From Streptosporangiaceae bacterium (GTDB taxonomy: Bacteria > Actinomycetota > Actinomycetes > Streptosporangiales > Streptosporangiaceae): a DNA stretch of 64,000 nucleotides. Within the stretch, counting starts at the first letter, position 1. Every line of letters begins with the position of its first letter. Position numbers and translations under genes: made by a program. Positions 34,441 to 41,796 of the stretch are shown here, one piece after another. Below the pieces are notes generated by a model, which saw only the letters and a program-made list of their open reading frames with translations, had not been told where the DNA came from and did no database searches. The stretch lies in contig DATNIU010000249.1 of assembly GCA_035604275.1 (NCBI GenBank), positions 2,587 through 66,586 of the forward strand, written 5' to 3'.

Positions 34441-35615
34441 GCGGTCGCGCCCTTCCGGGCACCATGGGGCGCCGCGCGCGCATCGGGCCCGGCGGTCACC
34501 ACCGCCAGCGCCCGTGCGCGGGCACGCCGGCGCAGGTATCCCACGGAGACAACGAGGACGACCACCAGTCCGTTGATGGCGGTCACCAGGTCGGCGGGCA
34601 CGCCGGTGACCACCTGCATCGAGGTGCCTCCCACCAGCAGCCCGGCGAAGAGGAACGAGGTGACGATCGTCCAGAGCGGCTGCAGGTCGGCGAACAGGGC
34701 CACCACGATGCCGTTGAAGCCCGCGTTGCCGGTGAATCCGGTCAGAGTCCCGTCGGTGACCATCCGGTGCGAGATGCTGCCGATGACCAGCATGGCCCCG
34801 GCGATTCCGGACAGCGCGCCGGCCAGCGTCATAGCCAGCGTCATGGTGCGCCTGACGGACATCCCCGCGTACCTGGACGCGTCGCGCGACAGACCGACGG
34901 AGCGGATCCTGAAACCGATGCTGGTGCGCCACAGCAGCACGTAGACGGCAACAGCGAGCAGCACCGCGATGAGCACCCCGAGGTGCAGCTGGGTTCCGCC
35001 GATCAGCGTCGGAAGCCAGGAGTTCGGTGACAGCAGCCTGGTCTGCGGGATGAGCCCGCCCACCGCGTAGCCCGAGTGCGCCACCATCGGCCCGGCGAGC
35101 ATGTAGTTCATGAACTGGACGGCGACCAGGTTGAGCATGATCGTCGTCAGGATCTCGTTGACGTTGAAATAGGCCTTGAACGCACCGGGGATCGCGCCCC
35201 AGATGGCCCCGCCGGCGGCGCCGGCCAGCAGCACAAGCGGCACAAGGAGAATCGCCGGCAGCCCGGGCACGGCGAGCGCCGTGGCGGTGCCTGCCAGGCC
35301 GCCCATGGCGATCTGGCCCTCACCGCCGATGTTCAGCATGTTGGCGCGGAACGCGATGCAGATCCCGGCGCCGACCAGCAGCAGAGGTACCGCCTTCACG
35401 GCGGTGCTGGTCAGAGCATAGGTGCCGGTGAAAGCACCGGTCAGCATGGCGTGGTATCCGGTTAGCGGGTTGGTGCCGAAAGCCAGCATCAACGCGGCGC
35501 CGATCAGGAGCGCCACAATGGCCGCGGCGGGCAGCGCGAACCAGCTGAGGAGCAGATCCCGCGGATCGCCCAGTCGGGCGCCGCGCGGCCAGTGGACCAG
35601 CTTCAGCCAGTTCAT
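34437..35615 (-). CDS. ABC transporter permease (BMP-system, first permease)
   Basis: AVPLLLVGAGICIAFRANMLNIGGEGQIAMGG..., multi-TM. Confidence 0.85.
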   Translation of the reverse strand: MNWLKLVHWPRGARLGDPRDLLLSWFALPAAAIVALLIGAALMLAFGTNPLTGYHAMLTGAFTGTYALTSTAVKAVPLLLVGAGICIAFRANMLNIGGEGQIAMGGLAGTATALAVPGLPAILLVPLVLLAGAAGGAIWGAIPGAFKAYFNVNEILTTIMLNLVAVQFMNYMLAGPMVAHSGYAVGGLIPQTRLLSPNSWLPTLIGGTQLHLGVLIAVLLAVAVYVLLWRTSIGFRIRSVGLSRDASRYAGMSVRRTMTLAMTLAGALSGIAGAMLVIGSISHRMVTDGTLTGFTGNAGFNGIVVALFADLQPLWTIVTSFLFAGLLVGGTSMQVVTGVPADLVTAINGLVVVLVVSVGYLRRRARARALAVVTAGPDARAAPHGARKGATA

Positions 35616-35692
35616 AAGCTGCTCCCTCGTCCGCCGGGCAATCCGCCGTGCAATTGGGACAACGGTAGGCTTAGCGGGCGGTTGTGGTCGCT

Positions 35693-35704
35693 GGTCATAT
35701 GACC
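35693..35704. promoter_or_regulatory. Perfect 12-bp palindrome GGTCATATGACC in the 254-bp leader of the BMP ABC operon; candidate operator
   Basis: Read directly, about 80 bp upstream of the permease start. Confidence 0.3.
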
Positions 35705-35869
35705 CTCATCGAAGAGCCAAAGGTCCCGGAAACGGGCACGGCGCCGGTCATGTCCGCTGCTCTGACCCCAGTTCGTGGCAGCACGGACCGCGTCCAGCCC
35801 GAAGCCTCGGTACGCGAGCGTGACCCGCCCCGTGGCCGGCGTGCGGCCAGTCGATCCCGCGCTAGGCGG

Positions 35870-37237
35870 TCAGAGCTGCGGCAAGCCCCGCCGCAGGAAC
35901 TGGCCGGCTCCCGGCCGGCCGCGGAACCCGTCAGCGTCGAGCAGCACCTCGCCCCGCCGCATGACCAGCTCCGGGCGGCCGTGAACGGTGCTGCCCTCGT
36001 ACACCGAGTAGTCGACCGCGCTGTGGTGCGTCGCGGCGGACAGCGTCCTGACCGCCCGCGGGTCGAAGACGACCAGGTCAGCGTCCGCGCCCGGCACGAT
36101 CGCCCCCTTGCGCGGGTAGAGCCCGAAGAGCCTGGCCGGGGCGGTCGCGGCGACATCGACCCAGCGGTTCAGCGAGATCTCGCCGCGGTACACGCCCTCG
36201 TGCAGCAGGGAGAGCCGCTCCTCGACGCCGTGCAGGCCGTTCGGGATCCGGGTGAAGTCATCCTGGCCCAGCGCCTTCTGCCCGGTCGTGAACGGGCAGT
36301 GGTCGGTGGCGACCACGTCGAGGTCGCCGCGCCGGATCCCGTGCCACAGTGCCTCGTGCGTGCTGGCCGGGCGCAGCGGCGGAGAGCAGACGTACCTGGC
36401 AGGCTCCGGTCCCGACAGGGCCGACTCGTCGAGGTACAGGTACTGCGGGCAGGTCTCGGCATAGACCGGGCGGCCGCGGTCGCGGGCCCGGTGGACCGCG
36501 TCCAGCGCCTCCGCGGCCGACAGGTGCGCGATGTAGACCGGCGCGCCGGCCAGCTCGGCGAGAACGATCACCCGCGCCGTGGCCTCGCCTTCGAGGATCG
36601 CCGGCCGGCTGAGCGCGTGGTTCGCGGCGCCGGTCCGGCCGCTGGCCACGAACTCGGCGCGCAGCACCTCGATCGGCCCGCCGTTCTCGGCGTGCACGGC
36701 GGTCAGGACGCCGAGCTGGCCGGCCCGGCGGAGCATACGGAAGATCGCCGCGTCGTCCACCATGTAGACGCCCGGATAGGCCGTGAACACCTTCACCGAC
36801 GTCACGCCGGCCGAGACCAGCTCGGCAAGCTCGGCCAGCACCCGATCGTCGACCTCGGAGATCATCATGTGGAATCCGTAGTCGACGTGGGCGCGCCCGG
36901 CCGCCCTGGCCTGCCATCGGGCGAGCCCGGCGAGCAGCGGCTCCCCCCGGTCGTGCCCGGCGTAGTCGATGATCGTCGTCGTGCCGCCCCAGGCAGCGGC
37001 GGCCGTGCCGGTGGCGAAGTCGTCACAGGCCACCGTGCCCGAGGTCGGAAGTTCCATGTGGGTGTGCGCGTCAACGCCGCCAGGGATCACGTAGCGGCCC
37101 GCGGCGTCGATCGTCAGGTCGGCTCGCGCGCCGAGCCGGCGGCCGACGGCCTCGATCTGCCCGTCGACCACCAGCACGTCCGCCCGCGCGGTGTCGGCCG
37201 CCGTGATCACCGTCCCGCCCGCTATCAGCGTCCTCAT
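35870..37237 (-). CDS. Dihydropyrimidinase/D-hydantoinase (HyuA-like cyclic amidohydrolase)
   Basis: MRTLIAGGTVITA...VIPGGVDAHTHMELP...GGTTTIIDY...SVKVFTAYPG...AVHAENG...IAHLS...DHCPF. Start set to ATG 37237. Confidence 0.9.
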   Translation of the reverse strand: MRTLIAGGTVITAADTARADVLVVDGQIEAVGRRLGARADLTIDAAGRYVIPGGVDAHTHMELPTSGTVACDDFATGTAAAAWGGTTTIIDYAGHDRGEPLLAGLARWQARAAGRAHVDYGFHMMISEVDDRVLAELAELVSAGVTSVKVFTAYPGVYMVDDAAIFRMLRRAGQLGVLTAVHAENGGPIEVLRAEFVASGRTGAANHALSRPAILEGEATARVIVLAELAGAPVYIAHLSAAEALDAVHRARDRGRPVYAETCPQYLYLDESALSGPEPARYVCSPPLRPASTHEALWHGIRRGDLDVVATDHCPFTTGQKALGQDDFTRIPNGLHGVEERLSLLHEGVYRGEISLNRWVDVAATAPARLFGLYPRKGAIVPGADADLVVFDPRAVRTLSAATHHSAVDYSVYEGSTVHGRPELVMRRGEVLLDADGFRGRPGAGQFLRRGLPQL

Positions 37238-37238
37238 G

Positions 37239-37260
37239 GGGCCATCCTGGCGGATGGCCC
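37239..37260 (-). promoter_or_regulatory. 9-bp GC-rich hairpin (GGGCCAUCC-GCCA-GGAUGGCCC) ending 1 nt before the hydantoinase AUG; would occlude the ribosome-binding region
   Basis: Read directly. A second copy of CCGGGCCATCCGCC lies 36 bp upstream (37285-37298). Confidence 0.35.
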
Positions 37261-37419
37261 GGCCAGGTCCGCGCCCGGCCGGGCGGCGGATGGCCCGGCT
37301 CGTCACCGGCTGGCGGCTGCCAGCTCCAGACAAGGGACCTGATGACCGCGATCCGGCGGGCGTGCCGGTAGAAGAACCGGGCGCAATGGGCAAGCTGGCG
37401 CCGCTCCATCACGGTGACG

Positions 37420-37833
37420 TTAGGCCGGGCGCACCGCACGAAGACCGGTGTCCAGCGGCGCTGCCAGGCGAGGGGGTTCCCCGTAGCTCTGGGGAAATTT
37501 TGGTCGGAAGTGGGGCGGCTTCGGGGAGCGAGAAGAGGCCGCTAGGGATGATTTTCCCCTCGTGCTGGTGGTCGCTGATGGTCTCCGCTGTGAGCTCAAG
37601 GTTTCCGTCGGCGTCATAGGTGGCGACGTCTCGCGTCCGTAGAGGTATTCGGCGAGCAGTCCGACGGGGTTGGAGAGGGCATTGGCGTTGTCGGACGTCT
37701 CCCGCGCGATGACGAACGGCGCATCGGCCAGCTGAATGATCCGTTCCATGAGCGCGTCATAGATGGCCTTATCGCGCATGAGGTCACTGAACTGCGCGGC
37801 GGCCCGCCCGATCAGGGCCGGCCGGTAGCTCAC
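37420..37833 (-). CDS. Hypothetical ORF, possibly a degraded or frameshifted RelE/ParE-like toxin
   Basis: Starts VSYRPALIGRAAAQFSDL (compare MTYRVVIAPSAARQLQDNL at 4769). GTGA overlap with the upstream ORF. The C-terminal half is low-complexity, and an alternative frame reads ATYDADGNLELTAETISDHQ. Lower GC than the surroundings. Confidence 0.3.
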   Translation of the reverse strand: MSYRPALIGRAAAQFSDLMRDKAIYDALMERIIQLADAPFVIARETSDNANALSNPVGLLAEYLYGRETSPPMTPTETLSSQRRPSATTSTRGKSSLAASSRSPKPPHFRPKFPQSYGEPPRLAAPLDTGLRAVRPA

Positions 37834-38111
37834 TGCCGATCCGCCCAGCCGGGAACCGGGGTCAGGTCCTCGGGGCGGGCATCGCGGGCGGCCTGCGCCG
37901 AGGCTTCGAACTGCGGGTCGGCGTAGGCGGTGGCGCGCAGGCGCCAGCGGTGGAGCAGGTCGCTGAGCTGCTGCCAGCGCCGCACCTCGCGTGCGGCATC
38001 CAGCGCGGCCCGGTATTCGGTGAGGAACTGAGCGTGCCAGCGCAGCGGCAGCCGCCGCAGGATCTCGGTCGGGTCGTCGGGGGCGGGCTCGTGGACCGGC
38101 TGGGCGGTCAT
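37830..38111 (-). CDS. Small actinobacterial protein (DUF6247-like as far as I recall); putative antitoxin-position gene
   Basis: MTAQPVHEPAPDDPTEILRRLPLRWHAQFLTEYRAALDAAREVRRWQQLSDLLHRWRLRATAY. 4-nt overlaps on both sides. Confidence 0.5.
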   Translation of the reverse strand: MTAQPVHEPAPDDPTEILRRLPLRWHAQFLTEYRAALDAAREVRRWQQLSDLLHRWRLRATAYADPQFEASAQAARDARPEDLTPVPGWADRQ

Positions 38112-38392
38112 GCTGCGGCCTTCTTGCCTTCGGCGGTCCTGATCCTGGCACGCTCTATGGCCCGGTACACCGTCGAGCGGCCCATGCTGAACAGCTCGGC
38201 CAGCTCCGCGATCGTGTGCTCGCCGTCCTCGCCCAGGGCGACGAGGTGGGCTTTGAAGAACATCTTCCCCATCGGGTCGGCCGGGTCGTAGACCGTCCCG
38301 CCGGGGGACAGCCTGACCCCGCGGGCTGCCAGGGAGTCACCGATCTGGCGGGCGTCGGGCACTGAGCGGGCGAGCCGGTCGAGCTTCGGCAC
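38108..38392 (-). mobile_element. Serine recombinase/resolvase gene remnant (no catalytic domain)
   Basis: Same motifs as the chimeric ORF at 38108-38926. The architecture is incompatible with an active recombinase. Confidence 0.5.
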
Positions 38393-38926
38393 GTCGTTGT
38401 CAAGCTGGGCCAGCACCTGAGCGTTGAGGTTGGCGACGACCGGCCATGGCGTTGCGTCCTCGATCACCTGCCCGGCCCATCCATCGGCCAGAACCTCCAA
38501 GCCGCGCCGACTCGTTACCCCTAGCCGGTGCAGCGCGCTGACCAGACGCTGGACCGCCGTGTCGGGACCGAACCCCAGCACGTCACGCCCGGCGGGTGTA
38601 CTCCATGCCGCTCTATCTTCGTATCGCACATAGTCGACGTAGAGGCCGTCTTCCCGCGAGCTGAGCAGTTGGTTGCGGAAGATCCAGTTCACGTCGTTGG
38701 GCCCGTCGAGATAGTACGCCTGGCGCATGTCCTCGACCATCCGGCAGACCTCGGCGAGGTCTGCCGGGCGCATCTTCGACACCTCGGCGTAGATGCACCG
38801 GCTCAGGTGGTCGTAGAAACGCGCAATCTGCACTTTGACCTTGAGCGGATCCCGCCAGCCCAGCCGGACCAAGTCCAGAAGGACCAGCACCTTGGCGGCT
38901 TCCTCCACCGCCTGGGCCTCCAGCAT
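38108..38926 (-). CDS. Chimeric ORF: unknown N-terminal domain fused to a truncated serine-recombinase (resolvase) C-terminus
   Basis: The C-terminal approximately 95 aa read KLDRLARSVPDARQIGDSLAARGVRL...DPADPMGKMFFK...HTIAELAELFSMGRSTVYRAIERA, which matches the resolvase core end plus HTH. The catalytic Ser region and most of the E-helix are missing. Confidence 0.5.
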   Translation of the reverse strand: MLEAQAVEEAAKVLVLLDLVRLGWRDPLKVKVQIARFYDHLSRCIYAEVSKMRPADLAEVCRMVEDMRQAYYLDGPNDVNWIFRNQLLSSREDGLYVDYVRYEDRAAWSTPAGRDVLGFGPDTAVQRLVSALHRLGVTSRRGLEVLADGWAGQVIEDATPWPVVANLNAQVLAQLDNDVPKLDRLARSVPDARQIGDSLAARGVRLSPGGTVYDPADPMGKMFFKAHLVALGEDGEHTIAELAELFSMGRSTVYRAIERARIRTAEGKKAAA

Positions 38927-39081
38927 CAGGGCACCCGTGGCGGGCTCCCATCCGTGAGATAGACGAGGTCGTCGGTCAGCGTTGTGACGTGCTCGACGAG
39001 CAGCCCGAGCCCCTCGACGACAGCGTCAAGGCGCTTAGCCACCGGAAGCTGCATGAGGTTCTTCAAGGCGCGTGCCTGCAT
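38926..39081 (-). CDS. 51-aa ORF immediately upstream (TGATG junction) of the chimeric ORF; possibly the split-off N-terminus of the same ancestral gene
   Basis: Own translation: MQARALKNLMQLPVAKRLDAVVEGLGLLVEHVTTLTDDLVYLTDGSPPRVP. Below the track cut-off. Confidence 0.25.
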   Translation of the reverse strand: MQARALKNLMQLPVAKRLDAVVEGLGLLVEHVTTLTDDLVYLTDGSPPRVP

Positions 39082-39126
39082 ATCGCGACGGTACTGCGGT
39101 GCCCGCTACGTACGACACCGTGTTTC

Positions 39127-39972
39127 TCAGACTCCGGCGGCGACCCGGTCGGTGATCCCCTGCCACCATCCGGGCTCGGGCCTGGCGGTCTCGATCCACC
39201 AGGTCGCCCCCGCCTTTTCGTAGGCGGCCGCCAGCTCGGCGACCTCGGCCGGCTCTCTGGCCACCTCGGCCCAGACGACCAGGTCGTACCCGTCGAGCTG
39301 GCCGCGGATGGCGCGGATCCGGTCGCCGGTTTCCGCGATGTCCGACGACGTCGGCCTGACGAGCGCGCGATCGCCGAACCTGATCGGCACCATTCCGTCC
39401 CACCGGGCGGCCCGGGCGATCGGCCTGCTGGCGGGCAGCACTCCCCCGACCCAGACCGGTATCCTGGGCCGCTGCACGGGCAGCGGCGTGAACCGGACCG
39501 GATCGACGGTGAAGTGCCGCCCTGAGTAGGAGAAACGCTCGCCGGTCCAGAGGCCGGCGAGCACGTCGAGGCCCTCGTCAAGCAGCTCGGCGCGCTCCCG
39601 GTCTCCCGACGGCTCACCGAAGATGCCGAAGTCGCCGTAGGCAGGCGAGCCGATGCCCACCCCGAGGATGACCCGGCCGCCGCTCAGCCGGTCGAGCGTG
39701 GTCGTCACCCTGGCCAGCTGCCATGGACGGCGGCGCGGCACGGGCGTGATCATCGTCCCGATCCTGATCCGGCTCGTCCTCGCCGCCACCGCGGCCAGGA
39801 TCAGCCAGGGATCGAGGATCGGCGGCCCGTCGCCGCTATTGGAGAACACGATGTGGTCCCAGAGGAAGAAGCCGTCGAAGCCGGCCCGCTCGGTCCGCAC
39901 CCCGAGCTCGATCAGCTCGGCCGGGTCCTCGCCGAAGTTGGGCACGGCTATCCCGCGCTGAAGCGTGGCCAT
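39127..39972 (-). CDS. LLM-class flavin/F420-dependent oxidoreductase
   Basis: AGFDGFFLWDHIVF...AAVAARTSRIRIGTMITPVPRRRPWQLARVTTTLDRLSGGRVILGVGIG...GRHFTV...PVWVGG. Confidence 0.85.
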   Translation of the reverse strand: MATLQRGIAVPNFGEDPAELIELGVRTERAGFDGFFLWDHIVFSNSGDGPPILDPWLILAAVAARTSRIRIGTMITPVPRRRPWQLARVTTTLDRLSGGRVILGVGIGSPAYGDFGIFGEPSGDRERAELLDEGLDVLAGLWTGERFSYSGRHFTVDPVRFTPLPVQRPRIPVWVGGVLPASRPIARAARWDGMVPIRFGDRALVRPTSSDIAETGDRIRAIRGQLDGYDLVVWAEVAREPAEVAELAAAYEKAGATWWIETARPEPGWWQGITDRVAAGV

Positions 39973-39986
39973 CGGTCTCCCTCATT

Positions 39987-40040
39987 CTCGTCCTGCTCCG
40001 CTTCCGCGACCGTGCTCGTCCTGCTCCGCTTCCGCGACCG
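39987..40040. repeat. Perfect 26-nt direct repeat (CTCGTCCTGCTCCGCTTCCGCGACCG x2, 28-bp period) between the DapA-like and LLM genes
   Basis: Read directly. Followed by the small hairpin CCTGA-AAAA-TCAGG, which overlaps the DapA-like stop codon. Confidence 0.9.
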
Positions 40041-40049
40041 CCTGAAAAA

Positions 40050-40811
40050 TCAGGCGACGCGGCTCAGCGCGGAGAATCCGCCGCGGCTGGCCAGGATGCG
40101 CTTCAGCGCGGCGGGACCTCCGGCCCGTACTGCCAGGTGGGGCTCGGCCAGCCGGCGCTGGGCGGCCGCGTCGCCCGCGAACGCCAGGCAGCACTCCTCT
40201 GGCTCGATGTTCGCCAGCGCCAGGATCGCGCCGGTACCGCCCATCGGCCCGGCCAGCGCGAGCAGCGCCGACGACCCGACGTAGATCGACCCCTGGTAGT
40301 GCGCGAGCTCGTCGAGCAGCCGGTCGGGGCTGCCCGAGGAGTCCTTGATCCCGATCACGTCCAGGCCTGCGAGCTCGTCGACCGGGACACCGGGCGACGA
40401 GACCCAGGGAACGTGATAGGCGAGCACTGGCCGGCCCGTCGCCTGCGCCGCGACCGAGGCGTAGAAACCCCGCAGGTCAGCCGAGCCAGGCGGCGGGTAG
40501 GCGAGCACGGCGTCGGCGCCCGCGCGCACGGCGGCGGCGGTGAGCGCGGCGGCGTGCTCACCCGACTGAGCTCCGGTGCCGGCCAGGACCGGGACCGGTG
40601 CGGGCACCGCATCCCTGACCGCACGGATCATCCTCACCCGCTCGGCGTCGGTCAGCGTTCCGGCCTCCCCGGTCGTGCCGCATACCAGCACCGCCCGCAT
40701 GCCGCGGGCGGCGAGACCGGCCGCATGGGCGGCCGTCGCGTCCTCGTCGACCGCCCCGCTGGCATCGAACACCGTGACCAGCGCTACGCCGACACCACTG
40801 AAGAGCTCCAC
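40050..40811 (-). CDS. Dihydrodipicolinate synthase/N-acetylneuraminate lyase family (class I aldolase) protein
   Basis: GVGVALVTVFDASGAVDEDA...VLVCGTTGEAGTLTDAERV...VLAGTG...YHVP...IGIKDSSG. Start set to GTG 40811 (GGAGG upstream). Confidence 0.8.
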   Translation of the reverse strand: MELFSGVGVALVTVFDASGAVDEDATAAHAAGLAARGMRAVLVCGTTGEAGTLTDAERVRMIRAVRDAVPAPVPVLAGTGAQSGEHAAALTAAAVRAGADAVLAYPPPGSADLRGFYASVAAQATGRPVLAYHVPWVSSPGVPVDELAGLDVIGIKDSSGSPDRLLDELAHYQGSIYVGSSALLALAGPMGGTGAILALANIEPEECCLAFAGDAAAQRRLAEPHLAVRAGGPAALKRILASRGGFSALSRVA

Positions 40812-40869
40812 CGCGCCTCCGCCTCGTCTGCCTGGTAACCAGCATGCCCTCTTGTCTATACTAATTTCA

Positions 40870-40882
40870 GTCGACAATCGAC
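40870..40882. promoter_or_regulatory. GTCGACAATCGAC motif, copy 1 (candidate GntR/FCD operator) in the divergent DapA-like/SDR promoter
   Basis: Identical 13-mer at 47743-47755 and a variant at 47594-47606; all three lie in low-GC intergenic DNA. Confidence 0.45.
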
Positions 40883-40901
40883 AATACGAGTGGGCGCGGT
40901 C

Positions 40902-40964
40902 CACCAGCAGCACCAGTTCACCAGCAGCACCAGTTCACCAGCAGCACCAGTTCACCAGCAGCAC
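40902..40964. repeat. 17-bp tandem repeat CACCAGCAGCACCAGTT x3.7 in the divergent promoter
   Basis: Read directly. The unit length is not a multiple of 3. Confidence 0.9.
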
Positions 40965-40989
40965 TGCGGGTAGAGGAGAGACAGGAGAG

Positions 40990-41796
40990 ATGCCGGTGAC
41001 CGAGCACCGCTTCGATGAGCAGGTCGCGATCGTCACCGGAGGGTCCAACGGCATCGGGCGCGCCATCACCGAGTGCTTCGCCGAGCAGGGCGCGTCCGTC
41101 GTGGTCTGCGATCTGGCCGACTCCGGATACTTCGCCGGCCATCCGCGCGTGGTCACGGTCGTCGGGGACGTGGCGTCCGCTGGCCTGGCGCAGGAAGCGG
41201 TCGCTACCGCCGCCGGCCGGTTCGGCCGCGCCGACATCCTGGTCAACGACGCGGCGAGCTATCCGGACGGCTGGCTGCTCGACATGGCGCCGGCCGACTG
41301 GGATCGCGTCTTCCGGGTCAACGTCACCGGCGCGTTCATGATGACCCAGGCGTTCGCGCGGCACTGCGTGGCCGGCGGCACGTGCGGGTGCGTGGTCAGC
41401 ATCTCGACCGGCTCGGCGCGCAGCCCAAGGCCGGGAGGCGCCGCCTACAGCGCGTCCAAGGCGGCCCTGGAGACCATGAGCAAGGTGTTCGCGATGGAGC
41501 TCGGCGAGCACGGGATCAGGGTCAACGTGGTCGCCCCCGGCTATATCGACGTCCGCGGCTGGAGCGACGCCTATCCTGACCGCGCGCCTGACGACCTGCG
41601 CGCGGCGCTCGTCCGGGCCATTCCGCTTGGCGCGGCTGGCGACCCGCGGGACATTGCCCGCGCGGTGCTGTTCCTGGCATCGCCGCAGGCCCGGCACATC
41701 ACCGGCGCCATCCTCGATGTCGACGGCGGTTCCGGGGCAGGCCGCTTCGCGCTGGGCGGCCACGTGAGCACGGAGCTGAGTCATGCTCGCGGCTAG
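40990..41796 (+). CDS. Short-chain dehydrogenase/reductase (SDR)
   Basis: [40 protein letters not shown]; AGGAGAG-type RBS. Confidence 0.9.
   Translation: MPVTEHRFDEQVAIVTGGSNGIGRAITECFAEQGASVVVCDLADSGYFAGHPRVVTVVGDVASAGLAQEAVATAAGRFGRADILVNDAASYPDGWLLDMAPADWDRVFRVNVTGAFMMTQAFARHCVAGGTCGCVVSISTGSARSPRPGGAAYSASKAALETMSKVFAMELGEHGIRVNVVAPGYIDVRGWSDAYPDRAPDDLRAALVRAIPLGAAGDPRDIARAVLFLASPQARHITGAILDVDGGSGAGRFALGGHVSTELSHARG

Noticed and set aside
35616-35869. Possible purine riboswitch in the long leader of the nucleoside-type ABC operon.
   Set aside because: I could not find the conserved junction and loop sequences or a P1/P2/P3 arrangement on the minus strand. Only a superficial CTACC match was present. 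A covariance-model scan is needed before making any claim.
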